NCBI GenBank assembly: GCA_964016885.1 | Contig: OZ024740.1 | Coordinates: 432,512,001-432,576,000, forward strand | Source: Eledone cirrhosa | Lineage: Eukaryota | Direction of reading: 5' to 3' | DNA: 64,000 nucleotides | Part shown: piece by piece, positions 18,447-31,900 of the stretch | Numbering within the stretch: position 1 is the stretch's first letter | Layout: each line of letters begins with the position of its first letter | The notes under the pieces: generated by a model | Databases searched by the model: none | What the model was told of the DNA's origin: nothing | The model's input: only the letters and a program-made list of their open reading frames with translations | Position numbers and translations under genes: made by a program

Positions 18447-19722
18447 AAGAATAAGCCACTATACTTAGCCTTTGTTGACCTAGAGAAGGCCTTCGATAGG
18501 GTACCCCGATCTGTCATCTGGTGGTCCCTAGGGAAGCTAGGTGTTGAGGAATGGCTTGTGAGGACAGTGCAAACTTTGTACAGAGGTACTCTCAGTAAAG
18601 TCAGGGTAGGAATGGAGTTTAGTGAGGAATTCCAGATAAAAGTAGGAGTACATCAGGGTTCGGTCCTCAGCCCGCTCTTGTTCATTATAGTCCTCCAAGC
18701 CATAACAGAGAAGTTTAAGACTGGCTGTCCATGGGAACTTCTCTATGCTGACGATCTGGTTCTTATAGTAGAATCAGTAGAGGAGCTAGAGAATAAATTC
18801 TGGCTATGGAAACAGCAGTTGGAAGCAAGAGGACTGAGAGTGAATCTAGCTAAGACAATAGTGTTGATGAGTAGAAAAGAGGAGAAAACCCTGATTCCGT
18901 CAGAGAAATGGCCATGTTCGATATGCAGAAAAGGAACTGGCATAAATTCTATAAAATGCACACAATGCAGATCCTGGGTACACAAGAGATGTAGCGGGAT
19001 AGCAGGCAAACTAACAGGTAGGGAGAAATATGTATGCAGTAGATGTACAGGGAAATTAGACAGTAGAAGTCGCACTGATAGACACATTTTTCAAATGCAA
19101 GAGGGCGCTATAGAAGTGGTGGATAGCTTCCGGTACCTAGGAGATCAGATTAGCATGGGAGGAGGGTGTTCCGAGGCCATAGTATCTAGAATAAGGACGG
19201 GTTGGATGAAGTTTAGGGAGCTGCTTCCTCTGTTGACGAAGAAGGGTTTCTCCCTGCGTACGAAAGGTCGGTTGTATGATGCCTGTGTGAGGAGCGCGAT
19301 GCTGCATGGTAGTGAGACATGGGCAGCAACTGCAGAGGATATGCGACAGCTGGAGAGAAATGAGGCAAGCATGCTCCGTTGGATGTGCAGTGTAAATGTG
19401 CGTGAACGACCCAGCATAAATGTGTTGAGAGAGAAACTGTGTCTGAGAGGCATAGAATGTAGTGTACGGGAGAGGAGACTGAGGCGGTATGGACATGTGA
19501 TGCGCATGGAGGATGACCGATGGGTGAAGAAGTGCCAGGAAATGACAGTTGAAGGAAGACGTGGTAGAGGTAGACCACGAAAAACATGGGCGGAGGTGGT
19601 GAGAACAGACCTCAGATCATTGAAGCTCACGGTGGAGATGACGAGGGACCGTGACGAGTGGAGAGATGCTGTGCTGAATAAGACCCGTCCCAGGGAAAAG
19701 CGGACGTAAAATGATGATGATG
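18447..19722 (+). mobile_element. 5'-truncated RTE LINE, family B (RT with PHD-type finger), (TGA)n tail
   Basis: [38 protein letters not shown]; stop 19707-19709 followed by atgatgatg. Confidence 0.92.
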
Positions 19723-19772
19723 GTGGTGGTGGTGGTGGTGGTGGTGGTGGTGGTGGTGGTGGTGGTGGTGGT

Positions 19773-19824
<52 letters not shown>

Positions 19825-19989
19825 TGTGTGTATGTATGTATATGTATGTATGTATGTATGTATGTGTATATATATATGTATGTATGTATGTGTATGTATG
19901 TATATATATATGTTTGTATGTGTATGTATGTATATATATATGTTTGTATGTGTATGTATGTATGTATGTATGTATGTATATATATATAA

Positions 19990-20439
19990 AAAGGAGCTCG
20001 TAAGAGTCAATGGCCATCCAAAATCACCGGGAGAGATGACCCCTTAGCCTTTGTCAGGGCAGAATTCTAGGAGAAGGAAAACTCTGATATAACACCTGCA
20101 ACCCTGATGGTATCCAATGATGTTGACTTGTTCTTCTTTTTGATAAATATCATCTTGGTTAAGAGAGTGGGACTGGCTTTGTGCAGTGCCTTTGCTCACT
20201 ATAAAAGCTTCACGGCACAGGCATTGCTTTATATCTGGAGATCTCTCTGCACTTGTCGTCACATGGTACCATGGGCCCAGCACTATGTGTCAATAATTGT
20301 CACAAGTGTAGTGTTTGTACCAGAGTTTTCAAGTCACTGGCTGGACTAAAAAGTCGCACTCGTTCAGCGCATCGGTAGGGGTTCTCCTACATGGATATAA
20401 AGTAGTGGCCGTACTCGAAAACGAGTTGGCAGCCACCAT
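19990..20439 (+). mobile_element. Element A copy 4 (5'-truncated)
   Basis: Same 3' end. Confidence 0.85.
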
Positions 20440-20446
20440 ATATATG

Positions 20447-20604
<158 letters not shown>

Positions 20605-20640
20605 TATGTATGTATATATATGTATATATATGTATGTATA

Positions 20641-21722
20641 TAAGCTAACTAAGAACATAGATTTTACATGTGGCCGGTGCTCTGGTGCAATAAGTAGCAG
20701 CAAGTGCCCACAAAATACTAGCTCTTTCAATTGCGCAGAGGGTTCTATAGAAATAGTGGACAGCTTCCGTTACCTGGGCGATAAAATCAGCAGTGGAGGA
20801 GGGTGCTCCGAAAGTACAGTAGCTAGAGTCAGAACTGGTTGGAAAAAGTTCAGAGAGCTTATACCACTATTAGCTGCTAAAGGGTTCTCCCTAAAAATGA
20901 AAGGCAGGTTGTACGATGCCTGCATACGAACAGCAATGCTGCATGGCAGTGAGACCTGGGCATTGTGTGCAGAGCATATACGCAGACTAGAGAGGAACGA
21001 AGCTTGCATGCTCCGCTGGATGTGTAACAGTAATATACGTGAATGGCAAAGCATAAACAAACTAAGGAAAAAATTAGAGATAAGAGGGATCAGATGTTGT
21101 TTACTCGAGAGAAGGCTACGTTGGTATGGACACGTGATGCGCATGAAAGTCGATAGGTGTATAACAAAGTGCAGGGCAATAAAGATAGACGGTAGTCACG
21201 GAATAGGCAGACCTAGAAAAACCTGGGACGAGCTGATAAACTCCGACATCACACACTTACACCTCTCCAAGACAATGTCACTGGACCGAGACCTTTGGCG
21301 GTTCTCAGTAACAGAGAAGACCCGCCTTACCTAAATATATAGTAAAACCTACTCCAGCCAGTAGGCATCTCTAACAAAATACACCCCGTCCCACCACCAC
21401 CACCCCCACCCCATCCACACCACCCCGTTCTATGTAAAGTTATGTTGGTGCCGCGCCATCGAGGCCGAAACGAGATCGTGTAGGTGTCACGACAAAAAAA
21501 CACACAGTCCACGCTGTAATGTGGCCGTGTAGGCAACACGGTAAAAACCTCCCAGACCCACACTGTAAATGTGGTTGGTGTTAGGAAGGGCATCCAACTG
21601 TAGAAAACCCGCCAGACAGTCCGATGCGAGCAAGACAATCACTCTTGCCTCAAGTGGGACTACCCCCGTCCAAACCCATGGAACACGGACGTTAAACGTT
21701 GATGATGATGATGATGATGATG
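20641..21722 (+). mobile_element. 5'-truncated RTE LINE, family C, with 3'UTR and (TGA)n tail
   Basis: Nearly identical to 46397-47473; stop at 21332-21334. Confidence 0.92.
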
Positions 21723-21845
21723 TATATATATGTATGTATATATATGTATATATATGTATGTATATATATGTATATATATGTATGTATATATATGTATATA
21801 TATATTATATATATGTATGTATATATATGTATATGTATATATATG

Positions 21846-21882
<37 letters not shown>

Positions 21883-22040
21883 GTATATATATGTATGTAT
21901 ATATATGTATATATATGTATGTATATATATGTATATATATGTATGTATATATATATGTATATATATGTATGTATATATATATGTATATATGTATATATAT
22001 ATATGTATGTATGTATGTATGTATAGATACATATATATGT

Positions 22041-22378
22041 ATCATCATCATTTCATTTCACGTCCTCTTTTCCCTGCTTGCAAGGGTGGGACGGGAACTG
22101 ATTCTGGCTTGATTTCTACAGCTGGATGCCCTTCCTAACACCAACCTCATTTACAGTGAGTGCTGGGTGCTTTTTTGCCGTGGCACCTCCACGTCCACTT
22201 TGCAGTGGAATGATATGGACCCTTGTCCCTATCATCTCATTTCTACAGCTGAGTAAACTGGAGCCATGTGAAATAAAGCGTCTTGCTCAAGGAAACAACA
22301 CATTACCCAGTCTGAGAATTGAACTCACAACCTTTCGATTGCAAGGCCAATGCTCTAACCACTAAGCCATGAGCCTCC
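22041..22378 (-). mobile_element. tRNA-derived SINE with RTE-type 3' tail
   Basis: Minus strand: A box tggcttagtgg, B box gagttcaattc, body ccttgagcaagacgc, tail matching the RTE family B end plus (TGA)n; 3' part repeated at 25391-25510. Confidence 0.75.
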
Positions 22379-22744
22379 ATACATGTATATATATGTATGT
22401 ATATATACATATATATATATATATGTATTTATATATATATAGTATATATGTATATGTATGTATATATGTATGTATATATGTATATATATGTATGTATATA
22501 TGTATGTATATATGTATATATATGTATGTATATATGTATATATATGTATGTATATATGTATGTATATATGTTTATATATGTATGTATATATGTGTATATA
22601 TGTATGTATATATGTTTATATATGTATGTATATATGTATATATAAGTATGTATGTATATATATGTACATATGTATATATAAGTATGTATGTATATATACA
22701 TATTTATATATATATGTATGTATGTATATATATGTATATATGTA

Positions 22745-23310
22745 TATATATAAGTTATAAGAATCAAAGTTCTGATCAAATCATTTATATACTTACAATT
22801 GTTTCCTCCAAACCGAGGTTTGGATTCTTCGGAGCAATTTATTAATGGATGATCACATATATGACCTCCTTTTCAATCCAAGAGACATACAGATACATAT
22901 GCAAACATTGCTGCTTGGTAGGTCGACAACCATTATAATATTTAGTGTGGCAGTATACATTTAAAGGTTACATTCATATCCAAAGAGGATAAAATCAAAA
23001 AACTGCTTAGGACTATCCTATCGCATTAATTTCATGTTGTATTTTAACCTTAATTTTTGATTTTATCCTCTTTGGATATGAATGTAACCTTTAAATGTAT
23101 ACTGCCACACTAAATATTATAATGGTTGTCGACCTACCAAGCAGCAATGTTTGCATATGTATCTGTATGTCTCTTGGATTGAAAAGGAGGTCATATATGT
23201 GATCATCCATTAATAAATTGCTCCGAAGAATCCAAACCTCGGTTTGGAGGAAACAATTGTAAGTATATAAATGATTTGATCAGAACTTTGATTCTTATAA
23301 CTTATATATA
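22745..23310. mobile_element. Long inverted repeat (arms 22745-23001 and 23054-23310), probable Penelope-like inverted pseudo-LTR
   Basis: 257-bp arms, 52-bp spacer, one-sided extension 23311-23475, hammerhead motif in each arm. Confidence 0.72.
23219..23265 (+). ncRNA. Minimal type I hammerhead ribozyme-like motif (U4C variant); mirror copy 22790-22836 on the minus strand
   Basis: tgct-CCGAAGA-a-tccaaac(ctcg)gtttgga-g-GAAA-caattg-TA-agta: stem I, stem II, palindromic stem III. Confidence 0.6.
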
Positions 23311-23503
23311 ACTGCTCTGTAAAACATCTGATGTTAGTACATTGAGCTATTTAACTTACTGGTAATAAGGTAGTAATTTATTACTGCCTATCACTATTTA
23401 GGGTTTGTAAAAATATATATAACTACAAAAGGTTTTTGTATTTGCATAACCATAAATAGTATCCTTAATACTATGTATATATAAGTATGTATGTATATAT
23501 ACA

Positions 23504-23535
<32 letters not shown>

Positions 23536-23549
23536 AGTATCTATATATG

Positions 23550-24461
23550 TTCTCTCTTTCTCTTAATTTCGAGTATATTTTTTTGACCGGCCACCTTCCT
23601 GGTGGCAAGCTTGTAAAAGAAAAGAAATTGTCATCCCTTGAATCGCAAGAATGTTTTGCAAATTTTGAAGGTGCCAGCTATCGCAGCCATTTGTAGACTA
23701 TGAATTAGGGAGCTGCGCTTTTTGTCCGCAAATCCAAGTTCAGTCATACTTTGGTCCAAGCGGGTTGGTATATAACCCGTAGCTCCAATAATGATGGGTA
23801 TGAAGCTAAAGGTGTATCTTGGATACTGGATTTGTAAACTCCTCATCAATGGTCCGTAGATGTCCTCCTTCTCCTCTATTTTTCTGACAACGTTTACATC
23901 AAGTGGGCAGCTGATCTCCACAACAGAACACGTTTTCAATGTGTGATCCCAAACAACAATATCAGGCCGGTTGTGCTTTAATTTGGTGGCAGTTTTTATT
24001 TTCAGGTTTCACCAGTATTCCTTCGTGCCATCTGTCTCAATATATTCTTCCTCGTTTGTTGTTAATTTTGTTTACCGAAGTGCTGTCCAGATGGTTCTAG
24101 CTATCCCATCGTGTCTCATGGGGAGGTAGTAGAGAGATGACATTCTTTCGCAGCTGGCAACAATGTGGCTTACATCCTCGATCTTTGTCATAGCCTACAT
24201 TTATTGTCAGCTGCTGGCCCTCCCCTTTTGTGCAGCAGATATTTGGTAGGGAGTTCTTGTTCCTGTATTGCATAGAGATATCCCTCAAGGTGTGATGTCA
24301 TAAACTTGTCGGAACTCCATGCCAGGCTTTTTGAGTGGTTTATTCCTCTATGGTCTGTGTTTTACGTCTCAAGTATCCATGCACAACTTTTTCTGTAAAT
24401 TGGTCAATTTTTTCATCTTGTTTGAACATTGAATAGGATCTTCCGATTTCTCTGGGTGAGA
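23550..24461 (-). mobile_element. Degraded 3' fragment of a restriction-like-endonuclease non-LTR retrotransposon (R4-like, third family)
   Basis: AIQEQELPTKY, HIVASC..RHD, RPDIVVWD..VEISCP..EKEDIY, IPIIIGATG with frameshifts; stop at 23631. Confidence 0.82.
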
Positions 24462-24655
24462 ATGTATGTTTATATGTATGTATGTATATATGTATGTATG
24501 TATATATATATATATATATATCTATGTATATATATGTATGTATGTATATATATATATATATCTATGTATATATATGTATGTATATATATATATGTATGTA
24601 TGTATATATATATATGTATGTATGTATATATGTATATGGATGTATATATATGTAT

Positions 24656-24745
24656 GTATCATCATCATCATCGTTTAACGTCCATCTTCCACGTTTTCAT
24701 GGGTTTGGACGGGAGTTTTCCCACATGAGGCAAGATTGGCTGTCC
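24656..24745 (-). mobile_element. 3' end of RTE family C-type element
   Basis: (CAT)n followed by the reverse complement of the family C terminus. Confidence 0.65.
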
Positions 24746-24777
24746 TTATGTATGTATGTATATATGTATGTATGTAT

Positions 24778-25390
24778 GTCAGGTCAGCAGTTGGTGCTAC
24801 TGGTAACATGTATCCCAGTACAACCTGTCTCATGGTCGGGTTGTTGGCGACTAAACTGGCAACCCCACCAAGGTTTCTTGGTGAGGAGGGTGACTTTGGA
24901 CATCCTGCAGGACTAAAAACAAAACCTGTCAAAGGGCAAAGGAGCTCTTAAGAGTCAATGGCCATCCAAAATCACCAGGAGAGATGACCCATTAGCCTTT
25001 GTCAAGGCAGAATTCTAGGAGAAGGAAAACTCTGATATAACACCTGCAACCCTGATGGTATCCAATGATGTTGACTTGTTCTTCTTTTTGGTAAATATCA
25101 TCTTGGTTAAGAGAGTGGGACTGGCTTTGTGCAGTACCTTTGCTCACTATAAAAGCTTCACAGCACAGGCATTGCTTTATATCTGGTGATCTCTCTGCAC
25201 TTGTCGTCACATGGTACCATGGGCCCAGCACTATGTGTCAATAATTGTCACAAGTGTAGTGTTTGTACCAGAGTTTTCAAGTCGCTGGCTGGACTAAAAA
25301 GTCACACTCGTTCAGCGCATCGGTAGGGGTCCTCCTACATGGATATAAAGTAGTGGCCGTACTCGAAAACGAGTTGGCAGCCACCACCAT
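24778..25390 (+). mobile_element. Element A copy 5 (full length, ~610 bp)
   Basis: Starts gtcaggtc exactly as the copy at 47573. Confidence 0.87.
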
Positions 25391-25667
25391 ATCATCATCA
25401 TCATCATTTTACGTCCGCTCTTCCCTGCTTGCAAGGGTGGGACGGGAACTGATTCTGGCTTGATTTCTACAGCTGGATGCCCTTCCTAACACCAACCTCA
25501 TTTACAGTGATGTATATGGATGTATCTATATATATGGATGTATATATGCGTGTATATATATATGTATGGATGTATATATGCGTGTATATATATATAGATG
25601 CATATGTGTCTATATTGAGTACTTTGGTGCGTTATGGTCCATCTGGTTCCTTACCACATTTCTTTCG

Positions 25668-25711
<44 letters not shown>

Positions 25712-25877
25712 ATGTATGTATATATGTGTATGTATGTATATGTATATATGTGTGTATATATATTTGGATGTGTATGTATGTATATATGTAAATAAATATA
25801 TATGAAAGGGTGGATATACAGCCAGCTTGAATACCGTAAAACTAAGAAGATAAAGTTTAAAAGATAATATACCTGTT

Positions 25878-25930
<53 letters not shown>

Positions 25931-26059
25931 GTGTATATATGTGTCGCTTGCGCTGGCTTCGCAATTACTATTTCTGCTTGGATTAATTTAGAAGCCAACT
26001 ATATTAATATACACTACCCACTCTTATATCAAATTAATACACATATATATATAACCACT

Positions 26060-26095
<36 letters not shown>

Positions 26096-27360
26096 TGTGA
26101 AATTACATAGAATGTCTCACGTTGAATTATTTTCTGTTTGTACAGTGATATTTGCTTTTTTACGATAGAAACAAAAAAATGAAATAACTGGAATTTGCAC
26201 TCATATCCACATACATGCGTGTATACATCTATTTTATATACATTGAAACAACTGGAATTTACACCACACACACATACGTGTATACACGTATTTCATATAT
26301 TGAAGCAACTGGAATGTATACACATACATGAGTGTATATATGTATTTCATATAACAATTTTGTGTTTAGATATTTCAAATTGATATAATTACAAATATAT
26401 AATTGGATTTATTGTGTAATATACATCCACGCACGACCGTTCTAGTTTAGTAGGTGTTTTTTTGATGATTTCTTTTGAATGAAACAGTTCTAGTCCCGTA
26501 GAAGCCATTTCTCTATTAAACATATATCTGTGTATATATATGAAAGAAATCTAAATTTTACAGCTTCATTATTCTAGAGATATATTTCCGCCTTGAAGTG
26601 CATCTGCTTCCTTAAATAATCATATATTCTGTTAGTAACGAAGATTTTGATTTGTAATATAGTTATTTGTGAAATATAGATGAATTAGTTCGTTGACAGT
26701 GAAGCACTCCAAGAGGGGTGGCTCCACATAAACCACAGCCATGTTGACTAACCTTTCATCTTGTTTGTACATTTCCTTATTTCATTTTATCTAATTACTT
26801 TCATTCAATTATTATCGTTTTTTTTCTATATAGAACTGTTCACCTAATTGTCTGTGGACTAGCTATTTGTTTAGTTTTAATGCAAACCTTTTGAATTGTA
26901 GAATATAGCTGTAAACATCTTGTTACATTATAAACTCGTAGAGATGAATGAGAAATTTATGCATAAGAAGGTATACACACACATTTATATATATATATAT
27001 ATAAAATAAATAAATAGAGCGAGACTAGTTACATGTCCTCTACCAAAACATACAATTGTTTTCTATTATATTTCTTCTTAATAAGATTATAATATTTCAG
27101 AGATAAAACATTTTTCAATATTTACATCTCTACTAATACTTCGATCAGTTTAATCTCTGTTCGTCATCAGGTGTCTTGTTTATTGATATCTACATTGTGT
27201 TGGACTTGACCAACTGTAATAATGTTTTGTTTTTTTAGTTTATTTTAAATATATTTCAGTAATTTTGGAATACAGTTGAGATATAAAATTGGATATTTTT
27301 AAATGGCACATCGTGTGTCTGTGTATGTATGAATATATATATACACACATACACACACAC

Positions 27361-27406
<46 letters not shown>

Positions 27407-27823
27407 TGTGTGTGTCTAAGTTTATAATACGTCAATTAAAAAGAGGAAGAAAGGCAATATCGTGCCATTATTTAAACACTTAGAAGGTAAAGTAGTTGAT
27501 TGTTGACAGCCATTTAGTATTAATAAATTGTATAGATTGGAAGCTAATTTGCTTGAAATATGTTACGTTGAGGTATTCTAATGTTCCAAGTCTAAAAACT
27601 ATTTCCATCCTATTTTCTGTTTGATATTTTGACATATGGTGTCTCTGAAAATAGTCCCCTCACTCGTATCAAAGTGAATACCTCTTGTTTCATATGTGTC
27701 AGCTGTATCAATGTTCTAATATATTGTCTGTATATAGAAGCCACTGTTGTTTCATTGTAGCTTCTCTTCCCACACACAGCATATGTTTTCAATTGATCAA
27801 CATTTATGTTAGAAAAATATTAA

Positions 27824-27875
<52 letters not shown>

Positions 27876-28035
27876 CAGGATTTTAACTAGTAGATTAGAT
27901 ATATGATCAAATTTGGAAGCCATGGGGTTGCTTGTTAGAAGCATGACGGTAAAGATCTTTTTTACTTGGCTGAGAATTATCTAATCACTTGGACTATAGT
28001 CTGTTCTACTGCATGAAAAATATATTTTACATATA

Positions 28036-28131
28036 CAGGGTGTCCTCCCAAAATGTATACACACTTCTGCATTCTAATAAATATTGCCTGTACAGGTAAT
28101 CAAAGTATATATATTTTTGAGGGACACCCTG
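28036..28131. mobile_element. Tc1/mariner-type MITE (96 bp)
   Basis: Terminal inverted repeats cagggtgtcc...ggacaccctg flanked by TA on both sides. Confidence 0.75.
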
Positions 28132-28544
28132 TATATTATTGGGCAACAATCTTCTCATTTAGATATCACTCCAGTTGTCTTAATTTTAGAAAACTTATTA
28201 GAATTAAGATATCACTGGATACAAGGCTGGTTGGTGTTTTAAAAAAAGTTTTTGATAAGAAATCAATAGAACATAAGATATTGGAAATCGATAATTTGAA
28301 AGTAATATTGTATGTTTTGAGGGATAAAAAGAGTTCTAATTAATTGTAATTTCACAATAGGCACTGTTAAAATAACCTATATTACTTTATCTGAAGATGT
28401 CAGCTAAAATATATCACTTGAGATTATTCAATGAAAATATCTGGACAAGTGTCTTGTTTATATATAAGTAATGTCCCTTACAGCTTTCTTTTTATTTCTC
28501 TGAAAATTACCTCAACAACTTTTCTAGAGCTGGGGCCACATAAC

Positions 28545-28925
28545 ATTAAGGCACCCAGTACACCTTGTAAAGTTGATAGGAAGGGTTTCTCACTGTAGAA
28601 ACCATGCAAAAAAGGCTTTAGAGAATTCTTTGTATTGGTAACCTACATGATAAACGCACCCAATACACTCTGTAAAGTGGTTGGTGATAGGAAGGACATC
28701 CAGCCATAGAAACCAAGCCAAGGAAGAGTCAGACAGGCTCTTCAGTTATGTGAAAGGCATGGCAACCTCCTTAGTGGTAGTGCCATGATAAAAGGAATTC
28801 ATTAGAGTATAGAAATGTAAGATATAGCCCCTCTATTTCCGGCACATCTGAGAGGCTAGTAGCTTCACTTGTGTACTGATTCTATACGTGACTATCTGTC
28901 CAACCCTTGCTAGCGGAAAAAACAA
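28545..28925 (+). mobile_element. Degenerate SINE/RTE 3'UTR-related fragments
   Basis: ctgtaaagtggttggtgataggaaggacatccagccatagaaac resembles the RTE family C 3'UTR. Confidence 0.55.
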
Positions 28926-28948
28926 ACAAAAATGATTATTTACCTGTA

Positions 28949-31900
28949 ATCAATTGGTGTCTTAGGATGGTCCCAGTTTGATGTTGGTACATCAATTGGT
29001 GTCTTAGGATGGTCCCAGTGTGACATTGGTACATCAATTGGTGTCTTAGGATGGTCCCAGTGTGACATTGGTACATCAATTGGTGTCTTAGGATGGTCCC
29101 AGTGTGACATTGGTAGATCAATTGGTGTCTTAGGATGGTCCCAGTGTGACATTGGTAGATCAATTGGTGTCTTAGGATGGTCCCAGTGTGACATTGGTAG
29201 ATCAATTGGTGTCTTAGGATGGTCCCAGTGTGACATTGGTAGATCAATTGGTGTCTTAGGATGGTCCCAGTGTGACATTGGTAGATCAATTGGTGTCTTA
29301 GGATGGTCCCAGTGTGACATTGGTACATCAATTGGTGTCTTAGGATGATCCCAGTGTGACATTAGTACATCAATTGGTGTCTTAGGATGGTCCCAGTGTG
29401 ACATTAGTACATCAATTGGTGTCTTAGGATGGTCCCAGTGTGACATTAGTACATCAATGGTGTCTTAGGATGGTCCCAGTGTAACATTAGTACATCAATT
29501 GGTGTCTTAGGATGGTCCCAGTGTGACATTGGTAGATCAATTGGTGTCTTAGGATGGTCCCAGTGTGACATTGGTAGATCAATTGGTGTCTTAGGATGGT
29601 CCCAGTGTGACATTGGTACATCAATTGGTGTCTTAGGATGGTCCCAGTGTGACATTGCTAGATCAATTGGTGTCTTAGGATGGTCCCAGTATGACATTGG
29701 TACATCAATTGGTGTCTTAGGATGGTCCCAGTGTGACATTGGTACAGCAATTGGTGTCTTAGGATGGTCCCAGTGTGACATTGGTAGATCAATTGGTGTC
29801 TTAGGATGGTCCCAGTGTGACATTGCTAGATCAATTGGTGTCTTAGGATGGTCCCAGTGTGACATTGCTAGATCAATTGGTGTCTTAGGATGGTCCCAGT
29901 TTGACATTGGTAGATCAATTGGTGTCTTAGGATGGTCCCAGTGTGACATTAGTACATCAATTGGTGTCTCAGGATGGTCCCAGTTTGACATTGGCAGATC
30001 AATTGGTGTCTTAGGATGGTCCCAGTTTGACATTAGTACATCAATTGGTGTCTTAGGATGGTCCCAGTGTGACATTGGTACATCAATTGGTGTCTTAGGA
30101 TGGTCCTAGTTTGACATTGGTACATCAATTGGTGTCTTAGGATGGTCCCAGTTTGACATTAGTACATCAATTGGTGTCTTAGGATGGTCCCAGTGTGACA
30201 TTGGTACATCAATTGGTGTCTTAGGATGGTCCTAGTTTGACATTGGTACATCAATTGGTGTCTTAGGATGGTCCCAGTTTGACATTAGTACATCAATTGG
30301 TGTCTTAGGATGGTCCAAGTGTGACATTGGTACATCAATTGGTGTCTTAGGATGGTCCCAGTGTGACATTAGTACATCAATTGGTGTCTTAGGATGGTCC
30401 CAGTGTGACATTAGTACATCAATTGGTGTCTTAGGATGGTCCCAGTATGACATTGGTACATCAATTGGTTTCTTAGGATGGTCCCAGTGTGACATTAGTA
30501 CATCAATCGGTGTCTTAGGATGGTCCCAGTGTGACATTAGTACATCAATTGGTGTCTTAGGATGGTCCCAGTGTGACATTGGTACATCAATTGGTGTCTT
30601 AGGATGGTCCCAGTTTGACATTGGTACATCAATTGGTGTCTTAGGATGGTCCCAGTGTGACATTGGTACATCAATTGGTGTCTTAGGATGGTCCCAGTGT
30701 GACATTGGTAATCAATTGGTGTCTTAGGATGGTCCCAGTATGACATTGGTAGATCAATTGGTGTCTTAGGATGGTCCCAGTGTGACATTGGTACATCAAT
30801 TGGTGTCTTAGGATGGTCCCAGTGTGACATTGGTAGATCAATTGGTGTCCTAGGATGGTCCCAGTGTGACATTGGTACATCAATTGGTGTCTTAGGATGG
30901 TCCCAGTGTGACAGTAGTACATCAATTGGTGTCTTAGGATGGTCCCAGTGTGACATTAGTACATCAATTGGTGTCTTAGGATGGTCCCAGTGTGACATTA
31001 GTACATCAATTGGTGTCTTAGGATGGTCCCAGTGTGACATTGGTAGATCAATTGGTGTCTTAGGATGGTCCCAGTGTGACATTAGTACATCAATTGGTGT
31101 CTTAGGATGGTCCCAGCGTGACATTAGTACATCAATTGGTGTCTTAGGATGGTCCCAGTATGACATTGGTACATCAATTGGTGTCTTAGGATGGTCCCAG
31201 TGTGACATTGGTACATCAATTGGTGTCTTAGGATGGTCCCAGTATGACATTGGTAGATGAATTGGTGTCTTAGGATGGTCCCAGTGTGACATTGGTACAT
31301 CAATTGGTGTCTTAGGATGGTCCCAGTTTGACATTGGTACATCAATTGGTGTCTTAGGATGGTCCCAGTGTGACATTGGTAGATCAATTGGTGTCTTAGG
31401 ATGGTCCCAGTTTGACATTGGTACATCAATTGGTGTCTTAGGATGGTCCCAGTTTGACATTGGTACTTCAATTGGTGTCTTAGGATGGTCCCAGTGTGAC
31501 ATTGGTAGATCAATTGGTGTCTTAAGATGGTCCCAGTGTGACATTAGTACATCAATTGGTGTCTTAGGATGGTCCCAGTGTGACATTATTACATCAATTG
31601 GTGTCTTAGGATGGTCCCAGTGTGACATTAGTACATCAATTGGTGTCTTAGGATGGTCCCAGTGTGACATTAGTACATCAATTGGTGTCTTAGGATGGTC
31701 CCAGTGTGACATTGGTAGATCAATTGGTGTCTTAGGATGGTCCCAGTATGACATTGGTACATCAATTGGTGTCTTAGGATGGTCCCAGTGTGACATTGGT
31801 ACATCAATTGGTGTCTTAGGATGGTCCCAGTATGACATTGGTAGATCAATTGGTGTCTTAGGATGGTCCCAGTTTGACATTGGTACATCAATTGGTGTCT

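Noticed and set aside
16947-19709. 920-aa gene fusing a repeat domain to RT
   Set aside because: Microsatellite happens to be in frame with a 5'-truncated LINE starting at 18447
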